Notes: generated from the sequence alone by a model not told the origin. Shown: positions 36,501 to 50,000, counted from the first letter of the whole stretch. The stretch: DNA of 59,206 nucleotides, filler included, from Sphacelaria rigidula (GCA_964200075.2; 9 parts of 9 records of this genome joined end to end with filler, not necessarily neighbours in it), one strand, 5' to 3'. Numbers and translations: made by a program.

Positions 36501-38238
36501 ACGGTCACACGGAGGCTGCCACCGGGGCGGGCGGCACCGTACCAACACCACCGCCCGGCGCTGGCTCAACTGGCCGCGAATCAGGCCCCCGTGTCCATGT
36601 GGCAGGTCGGAGGCAGGGCCCAGCCGCTGGGTTTGGAGGCGACTGCAGTACCCGGCGCCGGGATCGTATCACCACCACCGCCCCTGCGCGTGAGTCAGGT
36701 CAGTCCCAGCGCCTGTGGGAGCTTAGTTCCGACGGCCAACCTCCTGGTGGGGGCAGCGATCGATACTCCCGCCCTTCCGTTTGTGCGCAGCAGTATTGCA
36801 CCTACGGTCGCAGGAGGGGTGGGCGGCGCGCTCGCCACTACCTGCGGTGAGGCGAAGCACTCTTTTTCTTCTGAGCAGCTCACTGTCGACGACCGCGGAG
36901 AAGACGAGCCGGCTGTGACGGTAGGGCCTATCGGTGGCCGGAGCGGGAGGTGTAGAGAGCTGCTTCATTGGCGTGGCGGCGCAGGTGACGACGGGGGCAT
37001 CCATCATGCGACTGGACCGCAGATCGGGGAGGGTGAGCTCGCCGCAGTGCACTTCATGATAAATCACGCGAGGTATGCTCATCCTGACCGCAGGGCGATA
37101 AGGAGGTGGACCCTAACTTCTGTCGACACCGATGAAATCACGATAGTGTTGATAGCCATGGCAACTCAGAATATAGCTGCGGCGGGCGCGGACCGCACCG
37201 TGCGGCGCCGGCTGCAGGACGGCCCCGAATACTTGAACATGAACCGCCTTTACGGAGCCATCACTGAACTCCAAGACGGCCCTTGCGGCGCATGGGAAGG
37301 GACTAGCCCGTGGGTTAGGGAATCACGTCCCACGAGGGTCGCCCTCTTCGTTCTGGTGTACTTGCTTAGCGGCTGTGATTTTCCACCTTATTTCCACGGC
37401 CTTCCCTTCCTCTCCGCTCCTGAAAGGCCTGCGCGTGCAGGGTCTTTTCTCCAACCCCGTGCTGAGTATTGAGGCCGGGGTGCTGTCGATAGACGAAGAC
37501 GAGGCGGTGAAGTTTCTGGCAGTTGCCTTCTACTACAAGAAGGAGTCGGCGTTCTCCACGGCCGGCACCAGCGCGGAGTATATCCTGCACGACCTTGCGG
37601 GAGGAAATATTACTCTCTTTGTCGATTGGGTCCGCTTTTTGAGGTGGAAAATGGGCGCAAGGAGGCCAACGGATCTTGTGCCGCCCGCGGATGCCCTTCG
37701 GTTCCAAGCGCAGCGAGCTGAAGCTGTTCTGAAATATTAGTTGGGAGGGATGGCGGGGTCCATGCCCGATGTGGAATTCACCAATCGTGGTTGGAGTACA
37801 AAATGCCAGGACGCAGCAACGCCGATGACATAAGACAACGTTCTTGTCAACCTGTCTCGACATGCACGCATCGAGCCCTCCGGGACGATAAATCGTCTTC
37901 TGTGCGGGTGCAACCCGACGACGGTGGAAAATCACAAATGCGCACGCAACTATAAGTGCGCGCAACTGGGGAAGGATTGCCACCCCATATTGTGTGGGTG
38001 CCAGCGGCGGTGCAATCCTAAAATCAACGCGCCAACCGTTCCGATCAGTAAAGGGTTGGCTGTAGTGATGGCGGATGCGGTGGACCCGGGGTGTGACGGC
38101 GGCGACGAAGCGGAGGCGAGTGACGAAGAAGACTGCGAGTCTCTGTGCAGTACCTCATCGGAGGGCTCATGGGATTCGGACGGGTACACGGACGATGACG
38201 TGGTCGAATGCTACTTGGAGCCTATTTACGATGCTTGA
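33599..38238 (+). mobile_element. Decayed Academ (AcademX-type) DNA transposon protein gene: DDE transposase - XPG/PIN nuclease - Cys-rich finger
   Basis: Transposase: LAEDEETF, WPGDFYI, GAGL, NYRRAH, FWSRFL, RTGN, DHYQ, FSRVRLDERQEIANR. XPG/PIN: HAID, CYDR..IK, GEGE, SVDTDE, SGCDF. Then VPPADALRFQAQRA..GW and LCGCN..C..C..C..CGC..C. Several stops and frameshifts. Confidence 0.8.
35103..35670 (+). other. Putative spliceosomal intron in the Academ gene
   Basis: GGAG|GTGAAG ... CGTTCAG|GTCTG with an AT-rich interior. Splicing joins EVGG to LRHANKS..HAIDL in frame. Confidence 0.7.
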
Positions 38239-39960
38239 GAGAGTGGATATGGCACAGGTGCGATACTACCGGAATCGGCGAAGCAGTTTCGTGCCAACGC
38301 ACACCCGCCGCCGTCGTCACGAATGTGCACCGGAAAAGCGGATCTCGTCGTCGACTGGCGAGGATCGATATCCCGTTGATATCGATTAGTCTTGCCCATC
38401 GGCGATGCCGTGTCAGTGCCCTCGGTATCCCGAGTGTACCACAACTGACGCTTGTTCACACTCTGTGCATTTATTCGCCCCCGCCCGTCATACGATTCGC
38501 CTCAGGTGCACCAACCGCGGCGACGTGTTCTGCGAGGCTGTGATGGGTTGCACTGCGGATAGATGAAGACTTTGTAGAAGATACGATCTAACTTTGAGCC
38601 GTTGAAGTACCGGTAGTATTTGACGTCGTGCACGCAATACCTGCACGCAATACCTGCACGTGTGGTGGCGGCGACCACGGGTCGTAAAATAGTGGTTTTC
38701 TTTCGAATGTTTTGCACTGCAACTGAGTTCAGTCGTTAAGATATGCATTCCGCCGGCGTATACTTCGTCGAAGGTGTTTTTGTTCAAACCTCGTCGGCGG
38801 CCGTGGAGAATGGAGTTATCGCGAGACGTACTGAGCGCTGATGACAGATGTTTTTCCTGGGGACACGGCACATTTGACAACTGAATGTGGCGCTTTGGAA
38901 GCCTTATCCAGCACATTCCTCGCTTGCAATCATAACTTGGCGCTAGCATCGCGGGATAATCCATTCGCAGACCGAAAAGAATGTACGAAGGATCTCCCCC
39001 GCTTCTGAGTACTACTCCCGCCATTTTGTTTTTCTATTTCGATTTTGTTCCTCTCGTCAAGTTCCGACATGTGTGCGCTCAACGTTTCCTGCATGGCGGG
39101 GCTTGTACGAGGTGAAATATCACGCCGCGACTGTTTCATGTCGGCGTTGATCAATGTACATGTTTTCGTTGTCACATGACTGCAACATCCCCCTGACGAA
39201 CTTTGCCCGACTTCGCAGTCCCGGCGATGGGCACGGGCCACCCACGGGGCTGCTGCGGCTACTGGGCACTCTTGCAGCCATCCTCAAACAGCCGATAGTA
39301 CACTTCGGGGTTCAGCACTAAAATGGGGCTGAAGTTGCATTTCTCTATTGCAGGGAAGATACGAAAGAGTAACACAGAGCGAACGTATCTTTCCCCCCCA
39401 AACTTCGCAGGAAGACTTGACCGTCAGACCGCAAGAGTANNNNNNNNNNNNNNNNNNNNNNNNNNNNNNNNNNNNNNNNNNNNTTAATTAATTAANNNNN
39501 NNNNNNNNNNNNNNNNNNNNNNNNNNNNNNNNNNNNNNNAGAAGAAACCTATCCTTGGACCTCTGAGAGGACAGCTATGCGTATGCATAAACTAGGCAAA
39601 CCAGAAAGGGATATTATTATTATGGTGTACGATTTAAGAAAGGTCCAGACGCGATAGATGCCGGAGCCCGTCCAGATTGGGAAAAGATTCGAAGGGAGCC
39701 GCAGAAGTTCGCGAGCATTACTACGGAGAGTTCTTGAATGCGCTGACATGTACGAATGTATACTGGTCAGAAAGTATTGTGACAGAAGAGGTGACCCGGT
39801 ATATACGCCCTCTGATATATATCGGGCACCGGTGCGAGACCACCCATCCCCTTCACAGCATGCAATTAATATATCGTGGCGAAACATCACGATGACAGAA
39901 AACGCGGGTCGATATTCACCTTCTGGTACCCCTGTGGTCACCGGGGCTGTGTTGCTTATA

Positions 39961-40877
39961 CCCTGGACAATACAATATGTTCCAATATGATATCGAAATT
40001 TTGTATTGGAGCCAGCTCAAATACTGTCTCTTCAATGTATGTTGTGTTGAGATGTCCTCGGAGACATTGAAGCAACAACATATATTGCTCCTGTCATGAT
40101 CATGAAGTAATGTATGACAATATATATTGGACATGCATTTGCTCCGGGAGTCCAACATTCGATATATATTGTGCATGCCGGTCGTGTATGTATTGAAATG
40201 TCAATATATATTGAGTCGAAGCGATGCGTAGCATATTATTACCATAATATATATTGAACACGAACCATCCAAAAGTATTGTATTTCCAATGTATTTTGCG
40301 CACGCTCATCGAATAGCTTTTCTGCAGCCAATATATATTGAACACGCTTGCGGAGGAATATATTGAGCGTTTTCGGCATGTGGTGACACATCTTTCAATG
40401 GCGTCCGCAAACATAGAGTTGCCCACTATAGTAATTCCAATGCACTTTCCAATTTACATGTTGAAAATCAAAATACGTTGCTACACCAATATGTATTGTG
40501 ACCGTCGGTTCCCTCGTGTATCGTCCGCCTAATATATTGGACGCATTGACGCACGACATATTGGGGCGGCAATATATATTGACGCCTCGGGTGTTGAGTA
40601 TATTGAATCATCAATATATATTGACCTCGTGTGGCAGCCAATACATTACTCGACAAATATATATTGGTGCTTCTCGCACCAACATATTGAGGCGGTGCGT
40701 GTCGTGATATGTTGTTCGGTCGATATATATTGCATGTCGCGGGCTTTGACAGATTGATGGCACAATATATATTGACCCTCTCTCGTGCCATCATATTGCT
40801 CGCCCAATTTATATTGACCACCCGACGCGTCGACATATGGTGCGGGCAATGTATATTACATATTGTTTAGTCCAGGA
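39961..40877. mobile_element. Non-autonomous TIR element packed with CAATATATATTG-type palindromic motifs
   Basis: Left CCCTGGACAATACAATATGT versus right ACATATTGTTTAGTCCAGGA. Many AATAT/ATATTG motifs inside. TSD unclear. Confidence 0.7.
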
Positions 40878-41844
40878 TGTGAAAATCATCAATTAGAAAG
40901 GAAATCACCAAATTTCTCACGTTGAACTTGGGAGGCTGTAGAGTACATACCCGGGTATTTTAACTGTGAATTTTCACATATACGTACATGTGGAGACCAC
41001 ATATATATGAGCGTAATGAACATCCAAATACACATGTGAGCCGGAGAAACATTCTCAGGAACGGGGTCCGCCAGTGACACATGAGCGGACCCGAAACGTT
41101 CAAACGTGTGAAACTGGATCTTGGGCAACCTAGGCAAACAGGGTCTCCGGTACAAGAGCCCGAAACAAAGGGGGCACCGCATGAACCCTGGTATAACGTA
41201 GCCGGTATTACCGTATCAACTCGTTCACTTTTTCTCCTTGCCCACCATCGGCCACAGCCGAATCCTTGCCTAAATGACAAGAGAAATACGCCTCGCTCAG
41301 GAACTCCTTCGGCAGCAGGGTACGACAACATTCTTCTTTGGGACCCGTAACTCTAGTGCCTCATCCCTGGCGAAGCCTAGTTCACAGTGGCGTCGACGGC
41401 AGGACTGGAACCTGCGCGTGAAATGGCTGGTTCACGCTTATCCAACTTAAAGCACTTACCGGCAAAAGTTGCACGCTGTTTTTAGGAGTTAGATTGTGAA
41501 AATCTGCACAAATGTGCTATGGATCACTACGCAACTTTCGAAGGTCTAGTTTTTTTTTTCACTCTTGAAGTTTTTTTACCGTTTTTCAGGGGTCTCAGGT
41601 TTTTGGTGGAAAGTTGGATCCCGTCGGACCGCCGAAAAAAAGTGAAGAAAAAAAATCTCGTTCACCCACAGTAGTGTAGTAACACAGGGTATTTGTGCAA
41701 TTTTTCAGGAGACAACAACGGCGTGAAATTTTGTGCGTTTGTGCGGTGCACTTTTCCGTTTCACGGTGAAACCGAAGACTCCTTGATTTTAGTATGAAAA
41801 TGGCGTTTTGGGGCCTTCTTTGATGACTTTAACTCTCCACCTTC

Positions 41845-42077
41845 ATTTGTTTTCATTCTCCACCTTCCTTTTGCGGTGCTTGCCTTATTTTTATATCGCG
41901 AGAGTTGTTCCGTCTTCGTCGACCGTGAAGTCAACTCTTTTGTACCCACGACATAGTCACTCTCCACCGTTGGACATAGTGTGAGAGAAAAATCCCAGAT
42001 CGTGTGACCGCACCAAGGTTCGAACCCACCACCCAACCGTCAGAGGATTTCAAGGTTACCAACTGAGCCACCGGGGG
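41845..42077 (-). mobile_element. tRNA-derived SINE, partial, same family as 21441
   Basis: Reverse complement has GGTGGCTCAGTTGGTAACC..GGTTCGAACC followed by the shared body GTGGAGAGTGACTATGTCGTGGGTAC..TCGCGATATAAAAA. Confidence 0.8.
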
Positions 42078-45000
42078 TGCGTGCTGAAACTTTATCGCAG
42101 TCGTCATCCAACGTTGAACACCAAATCGGAAGGCAGGTTCCGGGGAAGAGAGAGACAGCAAGTGTACGGACATGTCCGACGAGGGCGGGGGAGTGCTGAA
42201 AGTACGACGAAAACGAACGGTGTCGTTTTCCCGATTACTTCTGTAGCCCGCATAACTCCTTGGACGGTCAGGGGACTCCATCTGTCGAAATGGCATCGTT
42301 TTCACTCGACAAAAGACTTCACCACCGAGGTGTCCATGTGCATGGGGGGGGCGCTCAAAAGGTAAACTCTTGGCGCTCTCGCAAAACATGATCATTGGCA
42401 TGCATCAAGACAATTAGACGGTTACCACTGACATGAACCCATACATGCACGAGCTTGTCATGTACCACGGGAAGCAGAATCGCAACGACAAAAAAACTGT
42501 ACTGTACTATACTATACTGTGCTCGATGCACAGGAGCAATGGCCGCGTCAACAAACACCCCCTACCCTCCGAATGTACAACGAGCCCCAAGCATATTCTC
42601 TCATGCATCCCGCGCCTTGCCAAGTGCAGATGATCTGTGAAAGGCTGCGTTGTGTTCAACACCCGCTTAATACCATGGGCGAAGTCAGCAGACAGCCGAT
42701 CTTCGGTAAAGGCTGGACCTGCTTATTTTAAATGGCATTGATACTGTTAGCTATGTGGTTGTTTGGACTTTCATCCCCACTTGCTGAAAGTCGCCTCGGA
42801 GTTTGACGGCGATAACTGGGCCACACATGTTGCATAGTGCATAAGAATGATAAATGTTAAGAGGTCTAATGCCCCGTCCGTGCAAATATAGAGGAGTCGA
42901 CGACATATACAGGCGCTGACATCTTCAAAGGTCTGAAAGGGATGTCTTTGCACCAGCTCGCCGCTGCAAAATACACCTGGATGCAAAAGCAGCACCACTT
43001 GAACAGCTCAGCGCCAAGTGTAGGTGACTTCTATTGCTAGTACACAGCGTATGTAACGCTAGAGCTGGATGAAGATGATGGTGAATGCATGAAGTAGACC
43101 TTCACCTGTGGCTGTACCTTTGTTACGTACCGAGCAGTACTGACGTACTGATGTGCATGCGCATGACACCGAATTGATCAACCGCTCGTGCCGTTTCTAG
43201 TTCTTCCGCCCATGCAAGCGAGGGTCAGATAATCCTGCACCTTGGCGGAAGTACATTTGAGGAAAGAAGGAAAGATGTCAACTACACCTTCATGAAGAAA
43301 ACGCCAACGAGAATTCGTCACTGCAGAGGTGTTCAGTACCCGCACGTGTCCAACGCAGTCATAAAATCGCGTCGAATCAGGGAATAGACCATGAGCTCCA
43401 TGAGTGGATTTGGTACCGGGAAGGAGATAAAAAATCGGCAGTCTGATGTCGTTCGCACCTGGTCAGACAAACTGCGGATCACGGTCGTGTCCAGGGTCTC
43501 CACAGGGAGTGCAGTGGGGGTGAACCCAAAGTTCGTAGCGTGGTGCTGGGCAACATCCTGTGGGGTGTCGAAGTATCGCTCCTCGAACGGGCAGAACGTT
43601 CTCTGGAGAAAACCGGACGGTGCCCGACAAAGTATTCAAGAACCAATCATATTTTCATGGGAACAAAACAGAATAGGTCAACGACAAAACAGTGGGGCAG
43701 GGAGAGGAGGGGCATGAGTGAAGGCGGATCAACCGTCGTACCTAAGTGCTGGGAAAATCATCTCACAGCAGTAATGATGTCTCGCCATACGATCGCAGCG
43801 TGTAGCGGTTGTCGTCATACAGCTATAATACCAAATGAATATGCATACTTTGTAGAATGACGACTATAGCACTGTAGCGCTGTTTATTTCCGGATGTTGT
43901 GACAAATAACACGAGGCACTTCCTCTCCTTATTGACACTATAATGGGCGGGAGAGGGCACGATAAAGAACCAGCGAGCTAGCCATCGACGCACTCAAGAT
44001 ATCCCGATCTTTCACGACGAGCACGAAGGATGCCATCAAAAAGTTTGCGAACACTGCAGAAAATAGAAACAAAATCAACCATAAATCATAGATCGCCGGA
44101 TATCGAACACACGGATCAACGTGGCCACCAGAGCGATAGGACGAGGGGTAAAGACAGATCGAGAGAGGTCACCTGCCACTGCATGCACAGATCGATCGGA
44201 GGCAGGCTGACGCCTCGCCCATTGAGAGGATCCATCTGTGGGGGTCCCTCGGCGAGCAACGCCCGGGCCGCAGGGTTGTTGGTGATAGCGTCCAGGACAC
44301 ACCACACAGCGCCTTGGCGACAGCAACACAAGAAACCCAAGAACAGGAAAAGTCAGAGAAGGTAGCATTTATACAACACCGCGCCTTGAGATCATAAAGG
44401 TTACGAAAATGGGACGTACTGTCAACCATCACAGGCACCGCAATCAACTACAGTCAAGACTCCGCCTTCACATTATGAGAGCATTACTGCACGACAGCGT
44501 CCTCCACGATACACCGCAAAAAATCTGGCTTGTACAACTACGGTCGAAAGTGGCGATAGCATTTCGCTAGGCAGTGGCGCCCGGGGCACGTCAATCACAC
44601 CATCATACTCGTATACGCATGAAATTCAGGTGCGTCACAGACTACCCATGTGTCGAACGCAAAGCTCGTCAGCGTCCTACACCAGCGGCTCACCATGCAC
44701 TGCTCTTAGCTTCCGGTCGTCCCCTCCTCCGTCCTTCGAATCCTTCGGATTCTCTGAACCCTTGCTGTTGTTCTCCGACGATCCCATTTTGACGCCGCTC
44801 AGTTGCTTGCGTGCGGCGGTCACCGCGTCCCAAAGGGCGCTGCCAACCGATCGGTTATACCGCTGCGGCGGGGCGGTCTGTGTGTGCGAGAACACCCGAA
44901 ACGACAAACGACAGATATCCCGCGGCACGTCAAGGAAAAATATCCATCACAGGTGGGGTACTGTCACCACATATGAAGGATGCGAGTTAGTGTTGGTGTT

Positions 45001-45799
45001 GTAAAGAAGACGCCATAACTTCACTGCGGTGTACAGTGCCTAGCTATCTTCGGGTTGAAAAAAATAGGTATTCCACTCCGAACAAGCGATCTTGACACGA
45101 AACCCTGCATAGGCAGTCCATGCAGTGACTGTCTCACGCCGTGCTCCGTAAAAGCGAGGAAAATTTGCATACCGCCTTGCAACACAGCGGCAGAGCCGGA
45201 AGGTGGTGGGAGCAGAAGGACGTTTTTCCATTTCGAGGCAGCGGACAGCACACAGCAACATAAAACTCCTGCATAAAGTATTTGGAGCTGCCCACGTACT
45301 GCGGTGCACGTGGCACCTTCATTCAACCCCGGCAAGAGTCATCCCACGATAGAGGCAGTGGAGGGGGGAAGGTTCGAGCCACTTTCACTTGTTGCACGAC
45401 CTCGTCAGTCACGTCAGCCCAAGTCAGCCACCTTCAAGCGTCGCTGAAAGCAGAAAATTTTACTTGAAAGCTTTTGATATCAACAAAGCACAAGCGTTCA
45501 CACCGCGACCCACGCAGAAGCCCCATCATCAGCGCGTGAGGCCGCGTAACACACCCATGAACCTCTTCGTTTCGTGCAATCAAACCCCGACCCTCCAATG
45601 TGACATGGAACCGTTTGGCACATTAGATACCAAGGAAAACTTTAACTATTCTAGGAGATAGATGGCGGCCACAAACAGTGGAACAGAAAGTGCATACGGT
45701 ACGTGAAAACGTTCTTGAGTTGATGGATGGAAACACGTGATGAGCGACCCAACGATGGAGGTCTCTGTATTGAAAGAAGGAAAGGTGCTCCCTCTCGAA

Positions 45800-46028
45800 A
45801 GGGACCCGTGGTCAATGGTCAAGGCAAGCAACGAGTGAAACTGCGATTTCGGGTGGGGGACCTGGACCTGCCAGAAAGAAGAAAGAGATATACCAGTAGT
45901 CGAAAGGAGGAAGAAGATGGACAGCACTGCTTCTGTGGCAAAGCAATAGAGAGCTGAAGTCATATAGTGGCAGAATGTGAACTATACAAGGAGGAACGGG
46001 ACGTGCTAGGGGGGAAATGCGGGACGTG
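45800..46028 (+). pseudogene. Non-LTR (LINE) ORF2 C-terminal CCHC zinc-knuckle relic
   Basis: KLRFRVGDLDLPERRKRY..CFCGKAIES*SHIVAECELYKEER, i.e. the C-x-C..H..C-x2-Y..R pattern of LINE C-termini. Confidence 0.7.
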
Positions 46029-46926
46029 NNNNNNNNNNNNNNNNNNNNNNNNNNNNNNNNNNNNNNNNNNNNTTAATTAATTAANNNNNNNNNNNNNNNN
46101 NNNNNNNNNNNNNNNNNNNNNNNNNNNNAAGTCAGCGCTGACTTGTCAGTAGTCTAGTTGGTTGTCTCTTAAACCGTCACAGCACATACAATACACTCCA
46201 TACAGCATGGGCATGGTACTGGCAGAAAAAACGGTCGAGAAATTGCAGTGGTTTTAACCGAACTCACGAGTTCGTGTTCTGGGGTGCGACTGGTTCCACA
46301 TTGAGCCACCTGATTTGTTGTTGACACGGTCAATATTTTGTGCTTCCAATCACTACCAAGCAAAAACCTCTCTAAACGAAAGCATGCTCGATTGAGTGAT
46401 TTTGGTAGACTGCGGGCCACGGGGTTTTCAAAAGCTATGTGCAGTGATTTGCGAGGTATATGCCGTCATTTAAGCATCCACGCCTTAAGTCGGAGCGTCG
46501 TATCTAAGCTCGTAGGCGTGTGGACATACACTCGTAATCAGTGTGTTAGATCTCTAATCAGCAAAAGCTGTTGAGAATTATTCATCCTTTAGCCCATGTA
46601 TACATGGACTGGGGGGCAAAAGGATGAATTACTTTCAACTTTTTTTTCTGCGTGACGGATCCCATACGCTGATAACGGTGAAGTATGCGGATACGTCGTT
46701 CGCAATTCATATATTTTTGCCCAATTTCCGGATGAATTGGAGAGCAAAGTAAAGATTTATTTCGAGCTTCTTCTGCTGTTCAAATTCCAAATCTGCCAGT
46801 GTGCATGGGGCTTGTGCAGCAGAAAAAGCTGTTTGAAATATATCCTTTTTTGAATAGGTTCTTCTGCTGTTCGAAATAAATCCTTTTTTTGCCCAAATAA
46901 ATTGGGCCAAAAAAGGATCTGTTTTG

Positions 46927-47020
46927 AATAGCTTCTCCTGCTGTCCGAGATAAATCCTCGTTTTGCCCGATTCTAATCAGGCAAAACGAGAATTTACCTC
47001 GGACAGCAGGAGAAGCTATT
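46927..47020. repeat. Near-perfect 94-bp palindrome within a cluster of related units (46710-47020)
   Basis: 46-bp arm AATAGCTTCTCCTGCTGTCCGAGATAAATCCTCGTTTTGCCCGATT and its inverse, 3 mismatches, 2-nt loop. Confidence 0.9.
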
Positions 47021-50000
47021 AGAAAAAAATCAATTTACAGATTTTATACCAAGATAATTTGGAATTGTCCAAATTGGCAAGACCTCTCCACGGGGTTGCT
47101 TGCAGGGTTTCGACAAAAACGCTATGCAATATGCTATCACAGGTGGTACTAGGGTTTGCAAATGCTGCACAGGGGTTTTTACAAAGACTGTGGAGAACGC
47201 TGTGTAGCTCGTCCGACAGGGTGCTATTTTTCCATGTGTGTTGCCGGTGAAAGTGTGCTTTCAACATATGCACTACCAGGTTATCCGTCACGGTCACTAC
47301 CGTTTCACTTTGGCTACGTCCCACCCCATCGATGGGCACGGAATTTTTGGTAGAGTTCGCCCGATATCAGGGCGAACCATTTCATTGGGTATTACTTGCA
47401 CACCCTCCATAGATCACATCGTGAAAAAACGGACTGTGTGCGGTACGGTGTCTATCGTCTACTGCAATAGACGCAAAATTCTACACTGTATGCAGTACAC
47501 TCTTTGACGGTGTTATCTGTTCTTCAGGGTGTGGTTATGTGACCTTCCCAAAGCACAAAGTACGGAGGGAAATTCACCGCTATTTACTTGAATTTGTTTG
47601 TGCTATTGATGTAGCGCTACGAGCACGGTGGGACCATCACCGTCCTAAATGTGAACAGCTCCTGACCGACACGTAAAATATCCTTTTCCTTGAGCCGCGG
47701 GACGAAGGGTAGATTTTGAGCTGCCCCTATCCTAACTCTCACCTGCCCACCAGTACCTGTAGGATCTTAGTATGCAAGGAACAGCGTGGGCCGCCGTTCC
47801 GTGCTTCCATAGGATAGGACAGGTCACCTACGACCTGCCGAAACTCGCGAGTGGGTCCCTTCAGGTTCCCAAAGACGTCGTCCATGGTGACACGCTCGTT
47901 TATTGTGTATGCTGGCCCTTTCTCGCTGGATACCTTGTGCGCCACGAGAACCGCCTCTACGCTGTTACTAGCATGCTGTGCCGTACCCTTCTTCGTGCGG
48001 CCTCCGGGGTGGAAGTTGTACAATAGGAGCAGCGAACTATATCCTCCACAATGATGGACGCATCTTGATCCAGCACACCTGCGGGTGTGCGGTTGAGACG
48101 GAGGAAATCGGGGAGAAGGGAGCGGCAGGAAGTCCATGACTCAGCCGATGTGTTACGTCCGGCCTAGCATCCACCGCGACGAAGATAGAAAATTCATGCA
48201 GTTGCATGATAAACCTATGAAAGGACTACTGCGTGCAAGAATCGCGCATGCCATGCATGGTGGAGTGAAATTGCGGTCCGAAAGCCGCAGTCGTCTCTAC
48301 CGCGCTCTTTTCATCGCGTGGGCACCAGTAGACTGCCGCAGTCAACATTCACGGTGAGGACTGAAGCGTGGGCTGGTCACTCGAGGCGGAAAAAAAAAAC
48401 GCGCCGAGTACCATGGTTGATGTTTTTTGTGGTCATGTGGAAAGTCCTGGTGGGGGCACTCGTCAATCCTTCGGCCACAGAGTACATATGGCTGTCCATC
48501 ATGATTCTATTGACATACTCCATACAATATTATGTCGGGATGTCAGTTTGTGTTTGTTTGTTTGGGTCCGCTGATTTCTCACCTGTTCTAAAACGAAAGA
48601 CATGTGCACAAAAACATGCGTACTCACTCCGAATGCGGGCTCCGTGCAGCATCCATGGGCGGGGGGTACTAGAAGCGATCGTTCCGCTGGAGTGCAAGGA
48701 CTCGAGTATCCGGAGTATGCAACGCAGTAGGGAGTCGGTTGACGTCTTCGAGCCCTTCAGGAGACCCTTCTCAGCATCAATGACGACGACAATAAGCTTC
48801 GATGGGGTTGTGGCCGGCAGCTGACCGTCACCTTCGAAGAGGTCGTCTCCCTTCAGGAGAGGGAGCCCTCTGTGCGGAACGGTGTTCTGCCCCTTCATGA
48901 CCACGACGGAGGAGAAAAGTACGGGTGGTAGAGGGACAGTGGATGAAATGGTTGCGTGGCGCAACAACTCGGCGGTGCGATGGCATCGGTGCAACAGCTT
49001 GACGGAAGTATGGTAGTGCTTCAGACACTTTCTACGATAGCTCCCCCCCCCAAAAGTGCATAGTTTTTGGAGGCAAAATCTTCACGTGAATCGAAATGGG
49101 AAAAGCCGAGCACAACGAAAAGCGGGGAATTCCCACGCTTGGGTTCATTCTAGCCAATGTCGCCGATATGAGGCGCTTCATGCAGCCTGAACCCGAAAAC
49201 CAGGCGCTGTATGGCCATTTTTTTCGTGAAACTTTTAGCTGGTTTTTGGGGGGGGCTATCGTAGAAAGTGTCTTCAATGACCGCCGAAGTATTTATGTCA
49301 CTGAGGCATATAGGGTCGCGGCAGGAATGAATTCCTCCATTCTTCTCAGCACCATAAACGGAATAGTGCCACCGAAGATCTTTCCTACTCCCACCTACAG
49401 TCCTCCACCGTGTGTCGGGTGGGGGCCGCGATATCTACCGCAGACTTCCTCATCTTCTTGCGCCGCCCTTTTCCTCCCCCGCGTCGATCCCCGTCGGTCG
49501 TTGGTGCCACCTCTCTGCACTCGAGGCATCGGTGATTCGCCATATCGGCCAAAGACAAGTTTGAGTCGTCTCCGATGAGCTCGAGGAGGTCGCAGATCGC
49601 CCGGTGAAGCATTCCGCAGTGGACGCAATGATATCTGTTCATTCGCCACACGAGCGCCGGATGAGTGGCCATTGTCGCAGCGGAAATTGTTGTTGTTGCG
49701 ACTAAAGGGGCATTTTCTGCACCATGGGATTGACGCTAGGTACTGAAAATACGGTATGAATCAGTCCCGATATATATTTGTTCGATATTTTCCCCCACCG
49801 TCCCGCACCAGATTTCAAATAACAAGCACCAAACCTGCGGCGGTGATCCGCCCGCACAATACTGTTCCGACATACCGCTGGCCCCGTTTGTAACTGGCCC
49901 CGCCTTACGTCAACTTCTGCGTCGAGTTTTCACATTAGTTGCGGGGAAAGAATGGGTTGCAAGAATAAAACTCTTCATGGCTCATTTCAGTTGAGAGCAA

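Noticed and set aside
38488..39300. Second Academ-associated ORF on the minus strand
   Set aside because: Only fragmentary ORFs with scattered Cys/His residues; no domain can be supported by eye.
47739..49030. Possible decayed coding sequence on the minus strand
   Set aside because: It is GC-rich and exon-like, but I cannot assign any motif and the frames are broken.
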